A program made the translations under genes and the position numbers. 64,000 nucleotides of DNA from Acidobacteriota bacterium (GTDB taxonomy: Bacteria > Acidobacteriota > Thermoanaerobaculia > Gp7-AA8), in contig JAFATB010000011.1 of NCBI GenBank assembly GCA_019244185.1, positions 32,001 to 96,000 on the forward strand, given 5' to 3'. Of this stretch, positions 19,042 to 26,390 are shown one piece after another. The notes beneath the pieces were generated by a model. The model saw only the letters and a program-made list of their open reading frames with translations. It searched no databases and was not told the DNA's origin. Every line of letters begins with the position of its first letter. The first letter of the stretch is position 1.

Positions 19042-19929
19042 ATGGCACTACGCCCGCTGCGCAACGCCACGATCTCGTTCGGACTGGTGAACATCCCCGT
19101 CCGCTTCTACACCGCCACGAAGTCGGAAGACGTGCACTTCAACCTGCTGCACGCCGATTGCGGCTCGCGCGTCAACCGCCGCTGGTGGTGCCCGCAGCAC
19201 GAGAACTTCATCGAGCTCGCCGACATGATCCGCGGCTATCCGGTGGCGAAGAATCAGTACGTGACGTTCACCGCCGCGGAGCTCGAGGAGCTCGAATCCG
19301 GCGGCGACCGCGCGCTCGAGATCACCGCGTTCGTCGATCTCGCGCAGATCGATCCCGTCTTCTTCGAGAAGGCCTACTACCTCGGGCCCGCGCCCGGCGG
19401 CGCGAAGACGTACCGGCTGCTCGCCGAGGCGATGCGCAAGCAGAACAAAGTCGCCGTCGCGCGCTGGGTCTCCAATTCGCGCGAGCATCTCGTCGTGTTG
19501 CGTCCGTTCGAAGAGGGGCTCATTCTCCACACGATGTATTACGCGGACGAGGTGCGCGACTTCAGCGCGATCGACGTCGATCACGCCGACGTCCGCGACA
19601 AGGAAGTGGCGCTCGCGAAGATGCTCATCGACGAGCTCACCGAGCCGACGTTCGATCCGCTCGCGTACAAGGATGAATACCGCGAACGCGTGATGGAGCG
19701 CATCCGCGCGAAGGCCGAAGGAGAGCTGGTCGTCTCCGAGTCGCCCGAGTCCGAGAGCGCGGGCGAAGTCGTCGACATCATGGAGGCGCTGCGCCGCAGT
19801 CTCGGCGGCGCGGTTGCGGAGCCGCGCAAGCGCAACGCGTCCGCATCCGCCGCCGCACCCGCGACGCGCAAAGCGCCGAAACGCGCGGCGCCGCAACCCG
19901 CATCGCGCAGGAAGAAGAAGGCGTCGTAG
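19042..19929 (+). CDS. ku: NHEJ DNA end-binding protein Ku
   Basis: ISFGLVNIPV, IDPVFFEKAYYL, Y.DEYR, VVDIMEALRRSL, basic C-terminal tail. Confidence 0.95.
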   Translation: MALRPLRNATISFGLVNIPVRFYTATKSEDVHFNLLHADCGSRVNRRWWCPQHENFIELADMIRGYPVAKNQYVTFTAAELEELESGGDRALEITAFVDLAQIDPVFFEKAYYLGPAPGGAKTYRLLAEAMRKQNKVAVARWVSNSREHLVVLRPFEEGLILHTMYYADEVRDFSAIDVDHADVRDKEVALAKMLIDELTEPTFDPLAYKDEYRERVMERIRAKAEGELVVSESPESESAGEVVDIMEALRRSLGGAVAEPRKRNASASAAAPATRKAPKRAAPQPASRRKKKAS

Positions 19930-19932
19930 CGC

Positions 19933-20826
19933 ATGCCCGATCTACTCAAGAAATACCGCGCGATGCGCGACTTCGGCGACACGCCGGAGCCGTCCGGCGG
20001 CAAGCCGAAAAACACGAAGCTGCCGATCTTCGTCATCCAGCAGCATCACGCCTCGCACATGCACTACGACTTCCGCCTGGAGATGGAAGGCGTGCTCAAG
20101 TCGTGGGCGATTCCGAAAGGACCGTCGTACGACCCGGCCGCGAAACGCCTCGCGATGATGACCGAGGATCATCCGTACGACTACGCGTCATTCGAGGGCG
20201 TGATCCCCGCGGGCAACTACGGCGCGGGGAACGTGATCATCTGGGATCAGGGGACGTGGGAGTTCATCGAGCCGGGGCCCGATCCGGTGAAGGCGCTCGC
20301 TTCCGGAAAGCTGACCTTCCGCATGTACGGGAAGAAGATGTTCGGCGAATGGGCGCTCGTGAAGATCGGCGGCCGGCAGAAGTCGGACAAAGGGAACGAG
20401 TGGCTGCTGCTCAAACACCGCGACGGCTACGCGAACGAGGACGTCGACGTGACCGCGGTCGCGCCGCGTTCGGTCGTGTCGAACCGGCTCGTTGATGAAG
20501 TGAGCAGCGAGAACATCTGGGAGTCGAATCGCAAGGCGTCGTCGCGAAGGGCGCCGACGCTCGCGGCGCGGCTGGAAGCGGAAGAGAAGGCGAAGAAGCG
20601 CACTACGCCGGCGAAGAAACGCGCGACATCGACGACGAAACGCGCGTCCACCACGAAGCGCGCGTCCGCGAAGAAACCCGCTACGTCCGCGAAGAAGCGG
20701 CCTGCGGCGACGAAGGCGGCGCAATCTCCTGCAGCGCCATCTCGAGCAGCTTCCGCTCGGAGTCGAAGCTCGCGCGCCGCAGCGAAGCCGTCAGCTCGAC
20801 CCACTCCACGTCGTCGACCTCGCTGA
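19933..20826 (+). CDS. Stand-alone LigD 3'-phosphoesterase domain protein with Lys/Arg/Ala-rich tail
   Basis: Y..MRDF..TPEP, FVIQQHHASHMHYDFRLE, LKSWAIPKGPS, EDHP..Y..FEG.IP.GNYGAG.V.IWD.G; no polymerase or ligase domain. Confidence 0.9.
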   Translation: MPDLLKKYRAMRDFGDTPEPSGGKPKNTKLPIFVIQQHHASHMHYDFRLEMEGVLKSWAIPKGPSYDPAAKRLAMMTEDHPYDYASFEGVIPAGNYGAGNVIIWDQGTWEFIEPGPDPVKALASGKLTFRMYGKKMFGEWALVKIGGRQKSDKGNEWLLLKHRDGYANEDVDVTAVAPRSVVSNRLVDEVSSENIWESNRKASSRRAPTLAARLEAEEKAKKRTTPAKKRATSTTKRASTTKRASAKKPATSAKKRPAATKAAQSPAAPSRAASARSRSSRAAAKPSARPTPRRRPR

Positions 20827-21148
20827 GCTGCGGCTGCAGCTCTCCTTCGACGTACTCCATGAGGTAGAAGTCGACGCGCTTCTGGATGAGCGTGTCGCCG
20901 GCGCGGAAGAAGTATTCGATCGTGTCGAGCGGCTTGACGATCTTCGCGGTCAGCCCCGTTTCCTCGAGCACTTCGCGCAGCGCCGCCGCCTCGGATGTCT
21001 CGCCGCTGCTGACCGCGCCCTTCGGCAGACCCCAGCGCGTGCGGCCGCGCGTGGCGATGAGCGCCACGTGCGCGACGCCGCCGCGCATCGCGATCACGGC
21101 GCCGCCCGACGAATGCTCGTTGCGGGTTTTCCTCCGCCCCTGTGCCAT
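20681..21148 (-). CDS. NUDIX hydrolase
   Basis: SSGGAV, WGLPKG...GETSEAAALREVLEETG Nudix box. Confidence 0.9.
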   Translation of the reverse strand: MAQGRRKTRNEHSSGGAVIAMRGGVAHVALIATRGRTRWGLPKGAVSSGETSEAAALREVLEETGLTAKIVKPLDTIEYFFRAGDTLIQKRVDFYLMEYVEGELQPQLSEVDDVEWVELTASLRRASFDSERKLLEMALQEIAPPSSPQAASSRT

Positions 21149-21295
21149 GGCCGCATTCTACGCGCGCGCTGCGGATGCGCGCTCCGAACGCACACGGCAG
21201 CGCCTGCCTGCACATGACGAATCTGCTGGTCGTTTCCGCCTAAAAGGGGTACATTTCCGTCAACGCATCACAATTAGACACAGGAGGGGTACGGC

Positions 21296-21730
21296 ATGTC
21301 CGAGATCTCTATGTTGTGGACCGTCGCGGGAGTGGTCGTTCTCGCGGCTCTCGTGGTCGCATTCATCAAGATGCGTCAGAAGGACCTGCTCGACGCGATC
21401 GCACAGAAGCGGAAAGGATCGTCGAAGCTCGTCACGCGTGCCGAGTACGTCGAGGGCGTCGAGAAGATCCCGGTCGTGCTGTCGGTCTCGGACGATACGC
21501 TGTACTACGAGAACTCCGATCTGGAAGCGATGTTCGAGCTCGCGCGTCTCGACGAGATCGAGTACGCCGACGAGCTCTCCACCGGAAAGAACCTCGCCGC
21601 CGGCGCGCACGTGCTGCGCCTCCGCTCGCACGGAACGACGTTCGAGTACGTCCTCAACCCCGGCGACGACGCCAAGTGGCGCAGCGCGCTTCCCGCGCGC
21701 CGTCTCTCCCGATCCGCCGCCGCGGTGTAG
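21296..21730 (+). CDS. Hypothetical protein with N-terminal membrane anchor
   Basis: AGGAGG RBS; one N-terminal TM followed by a soluble domain; typical codon bias. Confidence 0.75.
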   Translation: MSEISMLWTVAGVVVLAALVVAFIKMRQKDLLDAIAQKRKGSSKLVTRAEYVEGVEKIPVVLSVSDDTLYYENSDLEAMFELARLDEIEYADELSTGKNLAAGAHVLRLRSHGTTFEYVLNPGDDAKWRSALPARRLSRSAAAV

Positions 21731-21751
21731 CATTCCCGCGCGGAATGGGGT

Positions 21752-21785
21752 TCTGCGGCAGCCTGTTCGCACCGGCTGCCGCAGA
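21752..21785 (+). other. Perfect 12-bp hairpin just upstream of tRNA-Pro
   Basis: TCTGCGGCAGCC-N10-GGCTGCCGCAGA; no U-tract. Confidence 0.5.
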
Positions 21786-21791
21786 CCGAGT

Positions 21792-21868
<77 letters not shown>

Positions 21869-21893
21869 ACCGCCCGCTGCGCGCTCCACTTGT

Positions 21894-21970
21894 GTCCCCG
21901 TAGCTCAGTCGGATAGAGCAACAGCCTTCTAAGCTGTGGGTCGCAGGTTCGAATCCTGCCGGGGACGCCA
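21894..21970 (+). tRNA. tRNA-Arg (anticodon TCT)
   Basis: GTCCCCG/CGGGGAC-G-CCA; anticodon arm ACAGC-CTTCTAA-GCTGT. Confidence 0.97.
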
Positions 21971-21981
21971 CCCCGCGCAAC

Positions 21982-22299
21982 TCACTGTTCCGGCGGCAAC
22001 GTCACGTGGCGGAAGCTGAACGCGTCCAGCGCACCCGCATCGAGCTGCAGCTCGCGGCCGTCCACCACGTACGTGTGGTGACGGCGATCCGCAAGAAGCT
22101 CGATCCATCCTTCCTCCGGAATCTCGAAGCGCTCGCCCGCATAGACGAACTGCTGGCCGGGACGGCCGTTGAAGTGATAACCGACCGTCGAGATCCCGCA
22201 CCGCACGACCGGCTGCTGCAACTCGCCGCGGCGGACGAGGGCCGTGAGATCGAGCTCGAACTGAATGGCAAGGGTGAGCGCGGCGGCGGTGAGGATCAT
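21982..22299 (-). CDS. Small hypothetical protein, probably exported
   Basis: AAGGAG RBS; hydrophobic N-terminus; beta-rich 105 aa. Confidence 0.7.
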   Translation of the reverse strand: MILTAAALTLAIQFELDLTALVRRGELQQPVVRCGISTVGYHFNGRPGQQFVYAGERFEIPEEGWIELLADRRHHTYVVDGRELQLDAGALDAFSFRHVTLPPEQ

Positions 22300-22340
22300 C
22301 GAAGGCTCCTTTCTTCAGCGTTCTTATCCACATAAACGCC

Positions 22341-22490
22341 CGCGAAGACCGGCTGCCAAACGCGAAGATTTTTTTTGAGAACTCGTCGTTTCGCCCGTTT
22401 GTGCTGATGTTTTTCGCGAAAGACCGGCGCACGGCGAGTGCCCGTGAAAATGTTTCTTTGAGAACTGTCGTTGTTCTCCGTTAAAGCCAT
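22341..22490. repeat. Degenerate ~70-75 bp tandem duplication in a divergent promoter region
   Basis: Units start at 22341 and 22415; shared blocks CGCGAA(A)GACCGGC, CG(C/T)GAA(G/A)AT, TTTGAGAACT(C)GTCGTT and CCGTT. Confidence 0.65.
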
Positions 22491-22561
22491 CAGTAGCCGT
22501 TGTTCGAAACGGTCTGTTGCATTGAGGCGAGTCATTGAACGTCTGAGGGACCGGAGGCCTT

Positions 22562-23128
22562 ATGGGCTCAGGACCAAAGCCGTCGTGCCGCGATTTCGAG
22601 CTCGTGCTGATTCTTCGAACGGGGACGGATTCGCAACGCGATGACGCACTGCGCGAGTTGATGGATCGGCATACGCCCTCTGTATTCGGAGCGGCGTTCA
22701 AGATCGTGAAGAACACCGAAGGCGCGAACGACATCGTGCAGGCGGCGTTCGTGAAGCTTGTCGAGAAGCCGCCGGAGCTGCAGCCGGACCAGAGTCTTGG
22801 CGGCTGGCTCCATACGGTCAGCCATCACCTCGCCCTCGACCAGATCGATAAGTACAAACGCTTCGGCGCGTTTTCCGAGGATGACGGCGAGCGGGCCATG
22901 TGGACCTCCCGGCGCGCCGCTCCGGTCGAACACGCCGAATACAAGCAGATGCTGCGGCGCATCGCCACGCTGCCGCTGCCGCTGAAGGTCGTCGCCGAAC
23001 CCTATCTCATGCACGACGTGCCGGTGAGCGTGATCGCGCAGAAGCGCGGTCTCACGCCGGCCGCGGTCTACGCGCGTCTGAAGAAGGCCAAAGCGTATCT
23101 GGTCCGGTCCCGCACCAAGCAACGTTAG
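22562..23128 (+). CDS. ECF-type RNA polymerase sigma factor
   Basis: Region 2 ANDIVQAAFVKL...GWLHTVSHHLALD; region 4 IAQKRGLTPAAVYARLKKAK; GGAGG RBS. Confidence 0.8.
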   Translation: MGSGPKPSCRDFELVLILRTGTDSQRDDALRELMDRHTPSVFGAAFKIVKNTEGANDIVQAAFVKLVEKPPELQPDQSLGGWLHTVSHHLALDQIDKYKRFGAFSEDDGERAMWTSRRAAPVEHAEYKQMLRRIATLPLPLKVVAEPYLMHDVPVSVIAQKRGLTPAAVYARLKKAKAYLVRSRTKQR

Positions 23129-23143
23129 AAAGGGGAGGTTCCA

Positions 23144-24688
23144 ATGAGCAATCACGACTCTGCGCGCCGGGAAGAGGATGCGCTCGCGTGCGCGTCTCCG
23201 GACGGCGCCGATGCCTGTAGTACCCCGCAGGATGCGGACGATGACGATTCAGCCGCCGACGCCGAGAACTTCGCCGCGCTGTTGCCCGAGCTGATCGTCG
23301 ACGACATCATTGACGCGCCCACCATCGAAAACCCCGAGCACCGCTGCCCGAGCACGCTCGAGCTTCGCGGCATTCTGGAAAATCACGACCGCGCCTCGCG
23401 CGCGGAGCTCCAGCACATCGCGCTTTGTCCCGATTGCGTCGCGCGGACGCGCGCCTTCCGCGACTGCCGCCACGAGGACGCGGAAACGCTCTTCACGAAC
23501 CTCCTCGACGCCGTGCTGGCGCAGAGCGACCGCTCCTCGCCGCACGTCGAATGGGGCGAGCGCTACGCGCGCCTCCTCTTCTACATGATCGGCGAAGACG
23601 ACGAGTTCGAGCGCTGGCAGCGCAGCGCGTGGCGCTGCTCGCACACGCTCGCGTACGCGCTGCGACATGCGCGCGAGGACGGAGCGAATGCCGGCGAGAT
23701 GCATGCGATTCTCGAGCTCCTGTTCGCCGCGTACGGCGCGGCCATCTCCAACCGCCTCGGCGCGCCCGCGCATCTCTTCGACGGCGCCTGGCCGCTCGCC
23801 GAGATGATTCGCGAGGCGGCGTTCGAGATCCGTTTCGCATCGCCGGCGTCTCTCCACGCGTTCGCGCGCGCGGCCACCTCCGCCACCGAGCTCGCCAGCC
23901 CGCGCATGCAGGCGATGATCCTCTATACGGTCGCGCAGTTGCCCGCTTCTGACATTGCGGACGCGCTGGTCCGCGAGCTGGAAGCCGCGAATCTCGATGC
24001 CGCGACGCGCCCGCTGCTGCGCGTGCTCTTCGGCAATCAGGTCGAGCTGCTGCCGGACAGCGCCTCGCACGCGCGGCGCGATCTGCTCCGCGCCACCGAC
24101 GCGCTCCACGTCATCGCGGCGAGTGGCCGGGATGCCGCGGGACGCATCCAGGCGCTCGCGCGGCGCCTCGCCACGACGCTTTTCGCCACGCCGGAGCCGG
24201 TCGAGGCGCTGGTGCGGCTGGTGATGTTCCGCGCATGGCTGCGCGAGCTCGGCGCGACGTTGCGCGGGCGCGCGGAGGCGGCGTCGATCGTGCGCAACGT
24301 CGCGCGCCTGCTCGTCGACCTCTCCGCCGAACGCTACGGCTCGACCTTTCTCGCCATCGAGGCATGCGCGGTCATCCGCGACTTCTGTCCCGGCGCGTTC
24401 GTCTCGCTCGCCAGCGACGTCGTCGCGTCGGCACGGCCCGTCGTGCGCCACGGGCTGGTCGTCTGCGCCGCCGAAGGCTACGAGTCCTCTCTCCATGCGC
24501 GGCCTCACGGCGCGCATCCCTTGTTCCGGCGGCGCGGCCGGACGTGGATCTTCGAAGGGGGTGCCGAGGCGCACCCCCTCGATGTCTTCGGCCATGCGCT
24601 CGCGGCCGCCGCGACGAACGACGCCGAGGTGCTGCGGCATCTGATCTGGCTGCACGAGCGGATGCGCGGCTGGCGCGCGAGCGGCTAA
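23144..24688 (+). CDS. Hypothetical protein with ZAS/zf-HC2-like motif (putative soluble anti-sigma) and a large helical C-terminus
   Basis: C-x22-H-x3-C-x2-C (CPST...HIALCPDC); GGAGG RBS; directly downstream of the ECF sigma; no clear TM. Confidence 0.6.
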   Translation: MSNHDSARREEDALACASPDGADACSTPQDADDDDSAADAENFAALLPELIVDDIIDAPTIENPEHRCPSTLELRGILENHDRASRAELQHIALCPDCVARTRAFRDCRHEDAETLFTNLLDAVLAQSDRSSPHVEWGERYARLLFYMIGEDDEFERWQRSAWRCSHTLAYALRHAREDGANAGEMHAILELLFAAYGAAISNRLGAPAHLFDGAWPLAEMIREAAFEIRFASPASLHAFARAATSATELASPRMQAMILYTVAQLPASDIADALVRELEAANLDAATRPLLRVLFGNQVELLPDSASHARRDLLRATDALHVIAASGRDAAGRIQALARRLATTLFATPEPVEALVRLVMFRAWLRELGATLRGRAEAASIVRNVARLLVDLSAERYGSTFLAIEACAVIRDFCPGAFVSLASDVVASARPVVRHGLVVCAAEGYESSLHARPHGAHPLFRRRGRTWIFEGGAEAHPLDVFGHALAAAATNDAEVLRHLIWLHERMRGWRASG

Positions 24689-24795
24689 ACGCCGGCCGCA
24701 GGCGGACCGCGCCTATTCGCAAGCGCCCGCTTGCGTCACGATGGATTTCGTGCCAGAAATCTGCGTCGTCACTGAATAATTCTGTTTCGACACCG

Positions 24796-24824
24796 TTGCG
24801 TAACAGAGCAAGTGCCGCTATCAT
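24796..24824 (+). promoter_or_regulatory. Putative sigma70 promoter of the NRPS operon
   Basis: TTGCGT-17bp-TATCAT; inverted repeat TCTGTT(24781)...AACAGA(24802) brackets the -35. Confidence 0.55.
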
Positions 24825-24899
24825 GCGCTCCTTCCGATTCGTTTGGACGTAATTCCTTCTTGACATCGCCGCGGTTCTTGGCGGCGTGGGCGGGGCTCA

Positions 24900-26390
24900 G
24901 TGGCACGACTGGACCGGTTCTCAATCGCACTGGTGTACGGCGGGATCGGTGTGCCCGTCGTCGCCGCACTCTTCGGCGCCTTTGGCTTCGTGCCGGCGGC
25001 AGCCTTCGTTCTGGCCATCGTCGCGATGGCGGCGGTGATGCCGTTCGCGCTGCGGCCGCTGCGCGCGCTCGCGCCGTTCTCCACCGCCGCACGCATCGCG
25101 TTTCTCGCGATCGGCGTCGTCGCCATCGCGCGCGTCACGGGCACCGCGGTGTTCATGCTCGACGCGTCGAAGCCCGGCTTCTCGGCGATGTTCTACGACC
25201 CGTTCTACTTCCACCACAACTGCTTCTCCGCGTGGTGGCACGCGGCGCGGCTCGCCGCGAACGGCACGCCGAACGTCTACCGCAACGAACTCTATGAAGG
25301 CTGGATCGGGCGCTTCAAGCTCGATGAATTCAACTATCCGGCGCCGACGCTGCTCATCCCCGGCGCGCTGCTGCTCTTCACGAAGAACTTCTTCACGATG
25401 CGCGCGGCGTGGTTCGCCATCGAGGCCGCGCTCTTCATCGCCGCGTATCTCGCGGTTGCGTTCCACGTCGACGGCGAGGAACGCCGCCGGCTGCTGTGGC
25501 TCGCGCCCGCGGTCCTCGCCGCGACGCCGATCCTGCTCACGCTGCAGATCGGCAACTTCCAGCTCGCGGCGCTCGCGCTGGCGATGCTGGCCATGGTCGC
25601 GTTCGACCGCAATCGCAACGCCGCGGGCGGAGCGGCGCTCGCGTTCGCGGCGCTGAAGATCTTTCCCGGCATTCTCGTCTTCCTGCTGATCCTGCAGCGC
25701 CGCTGGCGCGCGGTCGCATGGACCGCCGCGTTCGGCGCGATCTGGCTCGTCCTCACCGTCGCCGCGTTCGGCCCCGCGCCGGTGAAAGACTTCGTGCAGT
25801 ACCAGGCGCCGCGCATCGGCAGCGGCGAGCCGTGGGCGTTCCTCGAGCTGCCCGAGCTGCAGGAGTTCAACTCCATCAACCAGGGCATCCCCGGACTGGT
25901 GCTCAAGGCGCGCTCGCTGACGACGGTCGTCAATCCGCGACCGCTGATGCACCGCGTGGCGAACGTTTACGCGCTGCTCCTCGCCGCGCTCGCGGTGCTC
26001 TGTTCGTTCCGCATGAACGACGCGACTCCGCTGACGCGCGCGCAGATCTGGCTCGGACTGCTCGCGCTCGCGGCGCTGCAGAGCCCCTTCGTCCCCGACG
26101 CGTACGCGCTCACCGCGTCGATCTGGCTGTGGGCGCTGGTGATGCCGCGCCTCTGCAGCGAGGCATCCCGCGGCGCCTCGCGCGTGGCGTTCGGCGTCGC
26201 GCTCTACTTCGTCCTCTCACTCGTGATGCCGAACGACGGCGCGCTCTTCTTCCCCGGGCTCGCGCGCTTCTTCGTCACCGCCGCCGTGCAGCTCGTCGCC
26301 ATCGCCGTCGCCGGCTACGCCGTGCTGCAGCGCGCGCCGAAATCCGCCGTCGCTCTCGTTCCGGCGACGATCCAGGAGACCGCCTCATGA
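24900..26390 (+). CDS. GT87/DUF2029-like multi-TM glycosyltransferase (GT-C fold)
   Basis: FNYPAP, LQIGNFQ, ALKIFPG...RRWR, NQGIPG motifs; ~11-12 TM; stop overlaps next start (ATGA). Confidence 0.75.
   Translation: MARLDRFSIALVYGGIGVPVVAALFGAFGFVPAAAFVLAIVAMAAVMPFALRPLRALAPFSTAARIAFLAIGVVAIARVTGTAVFMLDASKPGFSAMFYDPFYFHHNCFSAWWHAARLAANGTPNVYRNELYEGWIGRFKLDEFNYPAPTLLIPGALLLFTKNFFTMRAAWFAIEAALFIAAYLAVAFHVDGEERRRLLWLAPAVLAATPILLTLQIGNFQLAALALAMLAMVAFDRNRNAAGGAALAFAALKIFPGILVFLLILQRRWRAVAWTAAFGAIWLVLTVAAFGPAPVKDFVQYQAPRIGSGEPWAFLELPELQEFNSINQGIPGLVLKARSLTTVVNPRPLMHRVANVYALLLAALAVLCSFRMNDATPLTRAQIWLGLLALAALQSPFVPDAYALTASIWLWALVMPRLCSEASRGASRVAFGVALYFVLSLVMPNDGALFFPGLARFFVTAAVQLVAIAVAGYAVLQRAPKSAVALVPATIQETAS

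Noticed and set aside
22300-22560. Replication origin
   Set aside because: Only one DnaA box, and no dnaA, dnaN or gidA context
24823-24852. Trp/Phe-containing leader peptide MRSFRFVWT upstream of the NRPS operon
   Set aside because: Its ATG overlaps the predicted -10 box, it has no RBS, and no attenuator terminator follows
25409-26386. N-terminal extensions of ORF-track calls (25409, 30541, 39221, 40749, 52480, 6476, 61206 and others)
   Set aside because: They overlap upstream genes in another frame; true starts are marked by signal peptides, RBSs or stop/start overlaps
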